Part shown: in pieces, positions 50,842 through 63,045 of the stretch
Position numbering within the stretch: the first letter of the stretch is position 1
Layout of the letters: every line of letters begins with the position of its first letter
NCBI GenBank assembly: GCA_973895155.1
Contig: OZ316894.1
Coordinates: 12,502,828-12,566,827, forward strand
Reading direction: 5' to 3'
Source: Marsupella aquatica
Taxonomy: Eukaryota; Plantae; Marchantiophyta
Length of the DNA stretch: 64,000 bases
Position numbers and translations under genes: made by a program
The notes under the pieces: model-generated
Database searches by the model: none
Told to the model about the DNA's origin: nothing
The model's input: only the letters and a program-made list of their open reading frames with translations

Positions 50842-53800
50842 TTGGTCACCACGAATTCTTCTGGTGCTGCTGGATTACCCGATGGACGACGGACCGGTTT
50901 CACTCGGAGTGGGGCACAGTTTCGGCCAGCGGCATTGGTAGCAGTCAGCAGTGCAGCTTCAGACAGTGATTCTGATGAGGACTCAGTGACCAGTTCTCCT
51001 CATCATCAGGTGGTTGCACCTTTGTTGTGGGATATGGACGAGATGTACGGGGCTACAAAGGGCCCACGACGATACTCTGGTGCAGTTGGCACAATTGATC
51101 TGGATGACTTCATCCAGGAGTTTGATACGTGGTGCGATATGCAGACATTGCATAATGTCACGTTGTTTACCCCTTTCATGGCATGGAAGGGATTATTCCA
51201 GCATTTGGAGGGGCCACCCATGGATGACTACCATGAGTTTCGGAAGGCTCATTTGGTTGAGATTGAGGCATGGAGGCAGCATTGGTCGCCTAATTACGTG
51301 TCCATCACCTATGGCACTAGTGCGGCTGCCCAACCAATTGCCACAGCTGCTGCTTCTTCTAGCAGCACTAGCCAGAGTGGCACACCATCCACCAGCAGCA
51401 CTCCAGTAGCATCCACCACTACTCCTGCCGGTGTGATTGTGACAGGAACTAGAGTTGCGCCAGCATTTAATCCTGTGGTGGAATTCTTTGAGGTACTGAA
51501 GCAGAACTATCAGGGTGTGAGAACTGATAAGTTGAAGGGTCTTCAGGAGTTCCAACGCAAGACTGGAGAAAGCCTACGTGAGGCATACACACGTATGCGC
51601 AAATTGATCACTGTCACCAAGGGAGTGACAGAGGCTCAGGCAGTCCAGTTTTGGTATGCAATTCTGGACAGAGAATTGCGACGCAGAGTGAGAGATGTCA
51701 CTCTGCTTAGGGATGCAGATCCCACATTAGCAGTTGTTTTCACCCTTTCTGAGCGCATTGAGCTCAATATGGTGAATGAGAAGGTGGTGACTTTTGGATT
51801 TGCCAAGGAAGCACCAAAGGCTGCATCTACATCCACACCACAGCCTACTGCACGGAAGAGCCAGAGGGAGAAGCCTACTGCACGAGAGTCTACCAGCCAG
51901 AGACCTGTGCCCTCTTATGCTGGACAGCAGTCAGGATGTTGGACCTGTGGTGGGGATCATGCACAGAGATATTTCCCAGATCATAGAGGATCAGGGGGAG
52001 CATCAGCGCCTGATCAGCGATAGTGTGATCACTGTGGAGCTCCTGGACACACCAAGGATAGGTGTTTCTCACTCCACCCTGAGTTACGGAGAGGAGGATC
52101 CCGTACACATGATCAGGGAAGAGGAGGAGGAGGTAGAGGTGGTGGACGTGGTCGTGGCATGCCACATGCAAGGAGACAGGGAGGTGACGCTGCCCCTGCT
52201 GTAACCATAGATCCAAAGGATGCTAAGATTGCTCAATTGGAGCAACAACTAGCTGCCATGGCTAGTTCCCAGGTGAGACCTAATTCTGGTGATGGGGCAT
52301 CTACATCCTATGGACCTTCCACATCCCATGGTCCTTCCACATCTTATGGAGCTGATGGAGACCTTGCCACCATGGGATTCATGTGTGGCACTGCACATAT
52401 TGATGCATCAGCAGCTTTGACACGTGGGGCAGCCAAAGCTCTTGAGCCCCGAGGAGCAGTAGTGGAGTTAGATCCACAAAGGGGGGATGCACGTCGGCAG
52501 ACAAAGCTTCCTCAGTCTTTTACATTGTCAGAGACAGTTCAGACTGCCTCTATGAACCCGGTTCGGACAAACCCTGATGTGGGTAAGTTGGCAGAATCAG
52601 GTAGTGATGCAGCAGGGATGACAGGTACCTTGCTGGGGGCGGCTACTGCCATAGTACGCACCCCATTATTTTTAGCGACAGACATGCTGAACTTGGGAGT
52701 TGGTCCTGCAGAAGTGTTTAGATTGGCAGCTACACTCTGTGAGGACACTCCAGTGGTTGCTTCCCATGCAGAAGCAACTTGCAGTGTTGATGCAGTGAAG
52801 ACCATGCCACCTACTGCTACTAGTGAGACATGGCATGCAGCAGCAACGAGGTTGGTGGATTTACCAGCACGCCCTGCATTTGAGAGGACTAGGTTTAAAC
52901 CTAGTGTTGTGTCATTGGATAATCAGAGTGGTATCTTCCGATTAGTTGGGCCTTCTGGAGCAGTATACCAGCCAAAGAGAGTGTTACTGGATACTGGTGC
53001 TCAGCCCTTGATGTTGGGGAAGTCTGCCATACGTGGATTGGGATTGCGTCCAGAGAATTTGGAGGATTGTCCCTTTCCCATTCAGACTTCATTGGGGAGA
53101 CCTACACCTACACAGCATATCACCAGGAGATCACTTGATTTGAGGATTCAGGAAGGTCATACCACAGATAGCTCACAGATACAGGCGCGAGCTATTCTGA
53201 CTAAGGCAGAGTCATATGATGTGTTGGTGGGATGTACAGTACTCTACCCCATGGGATTTATTCTTGATTTTTGGGAGGAATCAGTGTCATATAGACCTGA
53301 TTGGCAGTCAGGAGATGCTCGATTGAGCAAATTGCCAGTGAGATTTAGTGGACCTATGGGAGGCCCTAAATCCACACCATTGTCTTTGGCAGCATTCAGT
53401 GGTGTAATTGTTGGACCTAATGATTTGATTGAGGGTAATGCGCATGCAGCCGATGTTCCACCATTGGAGGAGTCTCATGAGGAGCACATCATGCGAGGAT
53501 TACCTGTTGGCAGTGTTGTGCCACTAGTGTGGGGCATTGCACAAGCCTTGCCACAGGCAACAGCACGATTGGTACATGATGCATGGCGTCATGCTTTTAC
53601 ACCACAGTCAGGAGCAGAGCAGTCTCTTGTAGATGGACCTGTGACTCTTTCACCATTGGATACCACTCCTATTGCTTGGCAGTATCCACCGGAGGGTATT
53701 TGTTTGTTGGATCTTTTTGGTGGGATTAGCACTGGATTGGCTGCTGTTCTTCAGGCAGAAATTCCTGTGCGTCGTTATTTGTATGTGGAGATAGATGAGA

Positions 53801-54831
53801 CAACACGGAGGGTCTCATTGCGACATGTGGCTATGTTGGTGGATAGATATCCACAGTTGCTGCCAGTGGATGCTGTTCATGGTTATCAGCATGCACTACC
53901 TGCTGATATTTCATTGTTGGGGGCGGATCATCTACATCGTGTTGGCCCCATTGATTTGGTGATTGCTGGTTGGCCATGTCAGGGCCAATCTAGAGCTGGC
54001 ATTGGGCATGGACTTCATGATCCACGCTCTGCATTGTTTTGGGAGATGTTACGGGTGCTGCGTCACCTCCAGCTACATCAGACACAGTCTCCAACATACA
54101 TTTTGGAGAATGTGCCATTGTTAGGTGATGATCGTAGTCAGATTGTTGCCAGTGTTCACCAAGTGAGGTCTTGGATTGGACCTGCTGTGTTATTGGATGC
54201 TGCACGTGTGGGTTCTCGTGCACATCGTCCACGCTTATGGTGGACTAATTTGATCCCATGTGAGGTGCTGAAGCGCGCATTTGACAGCATTCCACGCTCA
54301 CCAGCCTTAGTGGTGGATGATATTTTGGATCCAGGGCGTCGTGCACAGGGTGTGACCCAACCTGATAGACCTCCATTGGCAATGGTCAATGCAGTTGGGT
54401 GCCCACGTTGTGCATTACCCACTCTTGTAAGCCACTCTGCTTCATATGCATTCAGAGCAGGTGGCCCTGGACTTGTATGGGACACAGCTCTCCAGCAGTT
54501 AGTGGAGCCTACTGCTGATGAGAGAGAGCGTGCTATGGGATTTTTGACTGGCACCACTGCAGTTGCCTCTGTGTTAGAGGGTTTGTGGCGCCAGGTTCTT
54601 GGTCAAGCAATGGATTTGAATTGTTTGACTTGGATTATCAGCTTGGGAGTAGCTGAACAGTTGCGGATGCGCTCTGCCAGAATTACTGATTGTCCCTTGG
54701 TGAGCTTGCGGTCCATTGAGACAGTATTGACCACAGTTGGGGGCGAGCAGACAGTCCATGGACCTATGACAGGATTGGCGGTTGGACAGATTGTTGAGCA
54801 GGAAGGGACTGCTCAATCTATTGCTAAATAG
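50842..54831 (+). pseudogene. Gag-protease-C5 cytosine methyltransferase ORF (one premature TAG at 52021)
   Basis: Single frame with gag (LDDFIQEFDTW, knuckle CDHCGAPGHTKDRC), protease VLLDTGAQ and the DNMT domain at ~53698-54633. The start codon is uncertain (first ATG at 51034). Confidence 0.9.
53698..54633 (+). other. C5 DNA cytosine methyltransferase domain
   Basis: Motifs in canonical order: I LLDLFGGISTG, II YVEIDE, IV DLVIAGWPCQG, VI YILENV, VIII AHRPRLWWTN, IX ERERAMGF, X RQVLGQAM. Confidence 0.92.
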
Positions 54832-57800
54832 CAATCATCGGCTATCTCTTCTACCCTACAAAGAGATATTAGGGATTTGGTGGAGAGTTGGGAACCACAG
54901 CTTGGCCCTAAGTTAACAGGGGAGGAGAGACGTCGCATGCATCGATTCCTGAAGAGTTATTGGAATTGTTTTGCATTCAGCATGAAGGATTTAGGGACAT
55001 TGAAGGGCCCTGGTATTCAGATTGAATTGGCTAGTGATGCGCCAATCTTTCGTAGACCATACCGTTATAGTGACATGGAGAGAGCTCTGATTCAAAGCAG
55101 AACTCAAGATTTGTTGGAGGCTGGATTGGTGGAGATTTCATATGGGGAGTATGCATCTACCACAGTGATGCCAGCCAAGAAGGATGTGCATGGCAATTAC
55201 ACAGATAGGCGCATGTGTGGTGATTACAGACCTATTAATCGCCAGACAAAATCTGATCGATATGCCATGCCCACACCTGAGGAGATCTTTGATGCTGTGG
55301 GGCATGCAAAGGTTTTCAGTTCATTGGATCTGAGGGCAGGATACCATCAGCTTCCAATTAGGCATGCTGACAGGTCCAAGACAGCATTCTGGGGGATTGA
55401 TTCTTATGGCAAAGATCGTTTGTATCAATGGTTATTCTTACCATTTGGGTTGAAGAATGCACCAGCTGAGTTCCAGAGAGTCATGGATCGAATCCTTGCA
55501 GGTTTGGATTTTGTCAGATGTTATATTGATGATATTTTGGTCTATTCTTCTACTGTGGAAGAACATCAGCAGCACTTGCAGACTGTGTTGGAGAGATTGA
55601 GAGCACATGGGTTGAAGCTCCATCCTAGCAAGTGTAAGTTCTTCCAAGACCAGATTGAGTATTTGGGCCACACCATATACCCAGGGGGATTGGGTGTACA
55701 GTAGACTAAAGTGGAGGCCATTACACAGATTCCTTGTCCTACTGATGTGAGTAGAGTTCGTGCATTCTTGGGATTGGCGAGCTACTACAGGAGGTATGTT
55801 AAAGGATTTAGCCAGCTTGCTAAACCTTTGACCATACTCACTAAGTTGGATCAGGAATGGATTTGGGGTGATGACCAGGAGCATCCCCTATTTTGAGAAG
55901 ACCCATTTCAAGCAGACCATTTCAGCTACACACTGATTGGAGTGGAGTAGGACTTGGAGCAGTGCTGACTCAGAAGGATGATGAGGGGAATGAGTTTGTT
56001 GTGGCTTATGCCAGTAGATCAAACAATTCAACAGAGGCTAAGTATAGCTCTTATGAGGGAGAGTGTTTGGCAGCAGTGTGGGTTGTTGCACACTTTCGTT
56101 GCTACTTGTTTGGTAACCCCTTCACCTTGATCATTGATCATCAGCCTCTTAAGTGGTTAATGGAGTCTGACAAGCTTACAGGGAAGCTTGCACGATGGGC
56201 ATTGTTGTTACAGGAGTATGATTTCCAGGTGGTGCATAGGCCTGGAAAAGTGAACTTGGATGCAGATGAATTAAGCCGCAATCCATGTACCAGTCAGCAG
56301 GATGAGATTGGAGCCAGATGGCATGATGAGTCAAATAAGGAGATGGTGCCAGGATGGCATGCATCTGCCTTTCTTTGTTGGGTGCCAGCATACAGTGGAT
56401 CTGTGGACTCTACTTCATTGGATGGAGTGGGTGATGAGTCTTCAGATGTGGATGTTGGTGAGGTAACTTCTGGACAACAAGATATTCACAATGATGTGAG
56501 AGTGTTGGAATATCTGCGCAGTGGTTCTATTGTTGGCAGTGTTGATGCCAAGGAACGTGACAGGGTTCTACAGAGAGCCAAGAGATTTCGATGGGAGGGA
56601 AACCATCTTTTGAGAGTATTGCATGATGGTAGGATGTTGGTGGTACCAAAACCATCACAACGAGTACATTTGGTGCGACATGCGCACGAGGAGTTGGGTC
56701 ACTTTGGTGTGAAGCGCACTTACAGCTTGCTGCAGACACAATATTGGTGGCGTGGTATGCACACTCATGTCCAACAGTTGATAGCTAAGTGTGTGGTATG
56801 TGATAGAGTGAGAGCATCATTTAATGCTCCCACTCCCCAGTTGCACCCATTGCCGATCATGGGTTTGGGATATCGTTGGAGTTTGGATTTTGCTGGTCCA
56901 TTACCTCTTACCCAACGTCATAATCGGTATGTTTTGGTCATGGTGGAGCACTTCTCCAAGTGGATTGAGCTAGTGGCGTTGCCAGATAAAGCCAGTGGAG
57001 GAGTTGCTGCTACATTTTTGGATCGTGTACTCAGTCATTTTGGAGCACCAGCTGAGGTGTTGACTGATCAAGGAACTGAGTTCCGTGGAGAGTTTGAGAG
57101 TTTGTGTGAACAAGCTCTGATTGATCATTGTACTACCTCTCGTGATCATCCTGAGGCAGATGGATTAGCTGAGAGAGTTGTGCAAACTGTGAAGAGAGGA
57201 TTGCGTAAGTATGGCTTGCAGGTTGGTCATCTGGGAGATTGGGATCTCCAGCTACCTTGGTTAGCTATGGGCTACCGTTTCAGTCGGCAAGCATCACTTG
57301 CATCCTTCTCACCCTACTTTTTGCTCTATGGTAGAGAGCCAGATTTGCCAGCAACTATTCGTCGTCATGCTGCACCAGTTGTGAACTTGGATGATCCTGA
57401 TGTTTGGGTCAAGGTGTGTTCAGAGAGAGCACGGGTATTTCAGAGAGTGATGCCCATGGCTTTTGACAACCTTGCCATTGCCCAACATCGTGATACTTTG
57501 AGGTATGCCACTATTCGTGGAGGAGGTTACCGTGCAAGCATTCGACGATTTCATCCTGGTGATTATGTTTATTTGCAGCAGACAGCACCCACGACACTTG
57601 ATGTGACCGCAGGCCGGACAATCTTACGTGTGCGTGAAGTGTTGCCTTCTGGTGTCCTGATGTTGGAGGGACGCGATGGTATGGTTTGGAAGGATCATGT
57701 GCGCAACTGTGCACCATGTCACCTTCCCAACATTGATGGTACAGTAGATCCAAGCTTGGCACATGTTCGTGCTGGCTTGAAATGTATGTTGTGTGGATCT

Positions 57801-57923
57801 GCTCAGGGAGCAGCTACTATGTTGATTTGTGATAAGTGTTCTAGAGGATGACACATGTCATGTTTGACACCACCATTGCAGGTGATTCCTAGTGGATCAT
57901 GGTTGTGTCCTCAGTGTCGGTGA
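54832..57923 (+). pseudogene. pol: RT-RNaseH-DDE integrase-PHD finger of copy 2
   Basis: YIDDIL, HTDWS, HEELGH..CVVC, DFAG, DQGTEF and GLAER. PHD at 57783-57923. Lesions are a TAG at 55702, a deletion near 55885 and a TGA at 57849. Confidence 0.93.
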
Positions 57924-59359
57924 AGCCGACTAGTTATCATTTGTGTTCTCTTGGCAGAGGTAGGTGATCGATGGGGCTCACTTGCACCCGGCCTCCTGAT
58001 CTTCACACCTAAAAAGGTGTATATCAACCTTGTAGAACTCATGGCTAGCTAGAGTTAGGGGACCTTACTCCCAGCTAGGGGGGCGATTGTGGGTTTTGGA
58101 CATGTGTGGACATGAGTTCCACTTGTATTCCATTCTCTTGTATTTGTGATGTGGCAGTGTGACTATGTCTGGATGTATGTGACAAGCGATGTATGTTGTG
58201 TAGCGATATGTATGCGCACGACAATTGTCACACCATTCTGAGTAGTGTAGTAGTATATCGTGCTATTAGAATATGTACGTTTGGTATGAGTGCTATTGGA
58301 GCCGATAAGGTTCTGTCAGGTTTGTGTGAGAGGGTACTTCTCACTTGTGAGGCATTGAAAGGTCATCTTTCAATGTTGAGCCTTGGAGAGAGAGGAGCTT
58401 GAGTGTGGCTATGGTGGCTGTGAGCTCCGCTTGTGTAACATGGATTCCTTGAGTAGTGCAAGGTGCGTTGGCTTGACATACGTGTGTGATCGGATCGGTG
58501 CGGGATCGATGGGGTATTGTTGACCGAGATCGTTGTGCCGATTGTATGGAGATTATTGTGGGTTTTGGACATGTGTGGACATGAGTTCCACTTGTATTTC
58601 ATTCTCTTGTATTTGTGATGTGGCAGTGTGACTATGTCTGGATGTATGTGACAAGCGATGTATGTTGTGTAGCGATATGTATGCGCACGACAGCTTCAGT
58701 GTGAAGTGCTTATTCAGTCGGATCTACTGCCACTTTGTTTTATCCAAAGTTCAAAGTTTGGGGCCTCAAGGCCGGAAAATTTCCCGCCCTTGTCCTTGCA
58801 TATCCTCCAAAGACACCATCAGGACCGACGGCTTGTTGCTTCGTTTAGAGATGTCATGGGTTCATTTGAGGACCGAAAATCAAAGGACCTTGCACATGCA
58901 AGATGGCCCTTAATAACAGATTTGGGCAATAACTCTTTTGCTTAACACATCTTTTATACAACATCTTTTACCCTATGTGCATTGCATGGTGATAAATCCA
59001 GTTTCACTACATAAATATTTGTTTGGGAAGAGAAGCTGTGGAGTAGACTCTCTAGAAACTCATCATCAAAGGGTGTGAAATGAAATGAGAGGTCTTTGTT
59101 CTCGCGAGCCAATTATTGACGTTATTAAGGAAGGACGGGCACTAGGCTAGGCTCTCTAATCAGGACAGTGTCACCCGTTTACACTCAGTGTCAACTGTCA
59201 AAGACAAAAACAGCAGATCAACAAGAGCAGAACTTGTGCGAGAGACGCATGTCGAGGGTTTTGAGACGTCACAGTTTTGATTGGAATCGTTGTGCCTTTA
59301 CCTCAGTCTCTTGCCCTGTCTTGATTGATGGCTTGAAGTCTCGCAGGGTTTAAGCAGCG

Positions 59360-62300
59360 ATGGCGCATCGATCTGCTATCCAGCGGCTTCTGGTCAGATC
59401 TCGATGCTCTTCTCAGAAGAATACCTCGTGCACCAACTCGTCAGGTCTTCGTCCTCCAGTTGTTGCACAACAAGCAGTAAGAAGTGTGATTTTCCTACAA
59501 CGGCATGACAAATCTGATGGATCTACCCAGAGGAAAGGGTGGGAGGCAGAATCCTCCAGGCATTTCGCACAACGGAATAGTTCATCAGGTGAAATTATGC
59601 GATTGTCAAATGATTCTGAAGAGGAGGAAAGCACGGTGGCCGCCTCAATTTCTAAAATGGCAGCGCAAAGAGGATGCAGAAATTGGGACAACAGCTCAGC
59701 TGCCCAGAGCCCTATGGCGTCGGGACATTTGGGAAGAGTTTTAGGCCATAGAGTCGTACATGTTGCCTCCTCGACGACGGCAGGAGCTGCTCCGAGTGTT
59801 ACTCTAGGAATTTGGAAGGGATCATTGTACGGCAGTAGATCGTTCAGCTCGGTTCCAGCAGCTAGAGCAGAGGGTACGCAAATTGCCGTCGTCGATCGAG
59901 ACCTGCTAGACTCCTCACAAGTAGGTTTAAGTGGCGTCAGCGACGCAACAGGATCGGCGGTTGCTAGTCTTCCCATTCCAACCTCAGATTCTCTCAGTGA
60001 AGTAGCCGCAGCAGCTGCTGATTGTTCGTATCCTACGGCATTTATTCAGTATGTCATTGACGGAGTTCACACTAGCACTGGACTTCCTTGGTAAGGAATT
60101 ATCCTAACTCTGCCCGAATTATTGCGTCAGGAGGAGAATTGATAAGCGGAGAATATCATTCATCCAAAAATCTAAAGACTGACGCACTCTGAAACTACAG
60201 TCGAATCTGAGCTTAATGCAGGTGAAATCGGCAATTTGCGGGTTGTGGGCTGTATAGAGGTTGATCGATTATTGTTGTGTGACGTGCAGGTGGGCTTCTA
60301 TAGTGGCCACAACATTTGCAATCCGTATTTTAGTTTTGCCTGTTATGGTCTACCAATTGAAGTCAACCGCACGATTGACGGTCAGTCACATAGTTTTGGC
60401 TCTGTCTATCTGTATTCGAATTTGCAATAGCTAACTCGGTTTTTCATTTTTGGTAGCTCACCATCCACAATGTGGACAAGGTTTCGTCTCTACTGCGATC
60501 ATTGACTTTTGATATTTTTCTGGCAGCTTCTAAGACCAGAGTTGGAGAAGCTTACGAACCGCATAAAAGAAAGTGTAAGGCCGATGTGGTCCAACCTACT
60601 CAAGTTCTATTCCCTATTAGAATGGTCCATTTTACTCGTTCCCCTCTTTCATTTTGTTTTTCTTTTCCAACTGACGACTGAAATGAAACCACGTGATGTC
60701 GAAGGTTACAGATTCTGGACCTTGGAATAGCCATCTTATGTCTAGATGCTCAATTGTAGCCCTGGGAGTCATAAAAGTGGGGTGTCAAGGAGTAGATAGC
60801 AGTTGTTTCACTAAATTGCTAGCTTTGGACTGGTTTCTTCAGCATGTTGCCAGTAAGGAATTAATACTCATGAAGCCGTCTTGTGAAGAGACAGAATGTG
60901 GCAAGGCCACGTAGCTGCATTAGAATGGTATTCTAATGACCACCTGATTTTTCGCAGGGCTATGATCCCAAAGAAGTTGAAGATAATCAAGTACGCATGA
61001 AGGCTCTGTTTGTGAAGTACATATCTCGCTCTACTAACTTTCAGAGATGATATTTTAATCAGTAACAAATCTCCTCTATCTATTTTGTACACGAAAGTCA
61101 CAATTGGAATTTTGGCTATCGATTGGTGTTTTACGTTTGTTCCGGCTCGCTCTTGACCGAAGGCTTATCTCATCCTTTGCAGGCACAAGACGAGTCCATT
61201 TTCTCCAATTTTGGGCGCCTTTATCCAGGCCCCTCTATTTATGTGTTTCTTCTTTGCTGTAAGTTGTTCATTCAATAAGAGTCATTGTCCCTTTCTAAAT
61301 GGTATGACACCGAATGCTGATTTAGAAGAGTAATGGCTGGCGCTATGCACGTCTGACAGTTTTTATTGCACGTTTACAGATTCGCAACATGGCTGAGAAG
61401 ATGGAGTCATTCAAAGAAGGGGGAGCATTGTGGTTTACGGATCTTTCAACCCCTGACAGCTTGTTCATCATGCCTGTGCTGAGTGGAGCTTTTTTTCTCT
61501 TAACTGTTGAGGTGCTTTGCTGCAAATCGCCTCCCTCCGCATCCCAAATTCATCCGTGTCTGTTGAAGATGAAGTGAAAGCTGAGACCAGCCTGGGCACC
61601 TCTTTTGAGGATTGCCGGCAACCCTTAAATAGTAATACTGTGGAACTATGTTTAACTTTTCACTAAAGTTCATGTCTGGATACATACGTGGATAATTTTG
61701 GAGGTCCGTCGCACATGCAATGCGTGAAGACTGTGATGTTAAAGGTTTACTTACAGACCAGTTATTTGGTCATCACAAGGTAGAGAGTTGCGTTGAACCA
61801 ATAGCCCCAGGGGTCGGTATCTTCTATCTCGAATATCGCTGAATCTGCTGTTATTCATCTTTTGCCTGCAATATTGCTGAGTCTTTATAAACGGATCGAT
61901 TGTGCTAAACCTTCCGACCCCGAATAGTGAAAGGATCTTTTTATGAAGGACATGCTCTGACAGAAACAAGGCAGTTTAGGAGCCCTCTAGGTTGGGTACA
62001 ATTAAAGGGCTCTTAGTTCTGCTCGAATCTCCTTAAGAGTTCCAGATACCAGTACCCTGAAACAACATCGTCGATTTTGCATATGCATTTGAGGTGCTGG
62101 AAGTTGTAAGTAATTCAGTTGCTTGGCCCATGGCAGTTAGGTGCAACGGACGGAATGCAAGGACAGCCAATGTTGGGAAAGATGAAAATGTTCTTACGTG
62201 GCCTTGCAGTTCTTCTTGTCCCTCTGACAGCTAGTTTTCCAAAGGTGTGTTGATTCATGTTTTCCCTATTTGTCAGTACTCTGCTGCCTTAATCTCACGA

Positions 62301-63045
62301 CCGTCCCTGTTTACCCATCCTTCTCCAGTTGTTCTTTTGAAGTCTTGGATCACGAGCAATTGCTTGGATTTCGTGCAGCCTCCAGTATCAGTTGTTGTCA
62401 TAGTCCTGATGTTTGTTTCCCTCCGTGCAGGCCCTGTTTTGCTATTGGTTGACAGCAAACGTGTGCTCAATCATACAGGCTGCTGGTAGGTTTCCGTTGA
62501 ACAACTGCCTTGGCCTTTTGTTTTTTCCATTGTTTCATTTTACACATTATTGGCCACATTTTCTGGACTGATTGTACTGATAGCCACTCTTGGTTTACTC
62601 AAGATGAGCAAAGAAACGTTATAGTAAAGTATATAGTAAGTTCCTGTTGACAGGGCATTGTCTGCTATGCCCATAATGCTCTGGTAACAGGACCTTAATA
62701 CACTTTAAGGTCTAAGAGATTCTTATTTTCCACTAATTTTGGTAAAAGTCTCAGAGAATCTTCTCCATTAATACCCTGAAATTACGAGGAGAAAAATCAC
62801 GAAGGGGCATTAAGCATAGAAACATCTGTTGTTATCAACTGTACTTATCAACTGTACTGAATTTGTCCTGCCCGCCAACAGCTTTCAAACGGCCGGGAGT
62901 AAAAGCTGCGCTGGGTATACCAGATGTTTCGCATTTGGCGAAACCTACAGATGTACCAGTTTCGCCAGTTGTGACTTTCAGCCAACACCCTAGGTTGAAA
63001 GGTGAAGCAAGTGTTGCAAGCTCCAAACGGCAAAGACCGCGATGA
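59360..63045 (+). CDS. OXA1: Mitochondrial inner-membrane insertase OXA1 (YidC/Oxa1/Alb3 family), ~9 exons
   Basis: Transit-like N-terminus, then TGLPWWASIVATTFAIR, FIQAPLFMCFFFAIRNMAE, EGGALWFTDLSTPD and ALFCYWLTAN. Approximate exons: 59360-60090, 60290-60380, 60527-60574, 60958-61016, 61183-61258, 61380-61511, 62137-62244, 62431-62486, 62882-63045. Confidence 0.92.

Larger units (their letters stand above)
49138..58692 (+). mobile_element. DNMT-encoding Ty3/gypsy element, copy 2 (full length, 9.55 kb)
   Basis: TGTC...GACA termini and 4-bp TSD GCTT (49134-49137 / 58693-58696). A1 49138-49467, PPT 58077-58083, B1 58087-58223, spacer AT, A2 58226-58555, B2 58556-58692. Confidence 0.95.

Noticed and set aside
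49138-58692. Classification as a DIRS/Ngaro/PAT tyrosine-recombinase element because of the split repeats
   Set aside because: It encodes an HHCC + DDE integrase in gypsy domain order, has TG...CA ends, a PPT and 4-bp TSDs, and no YR ORF is visible.
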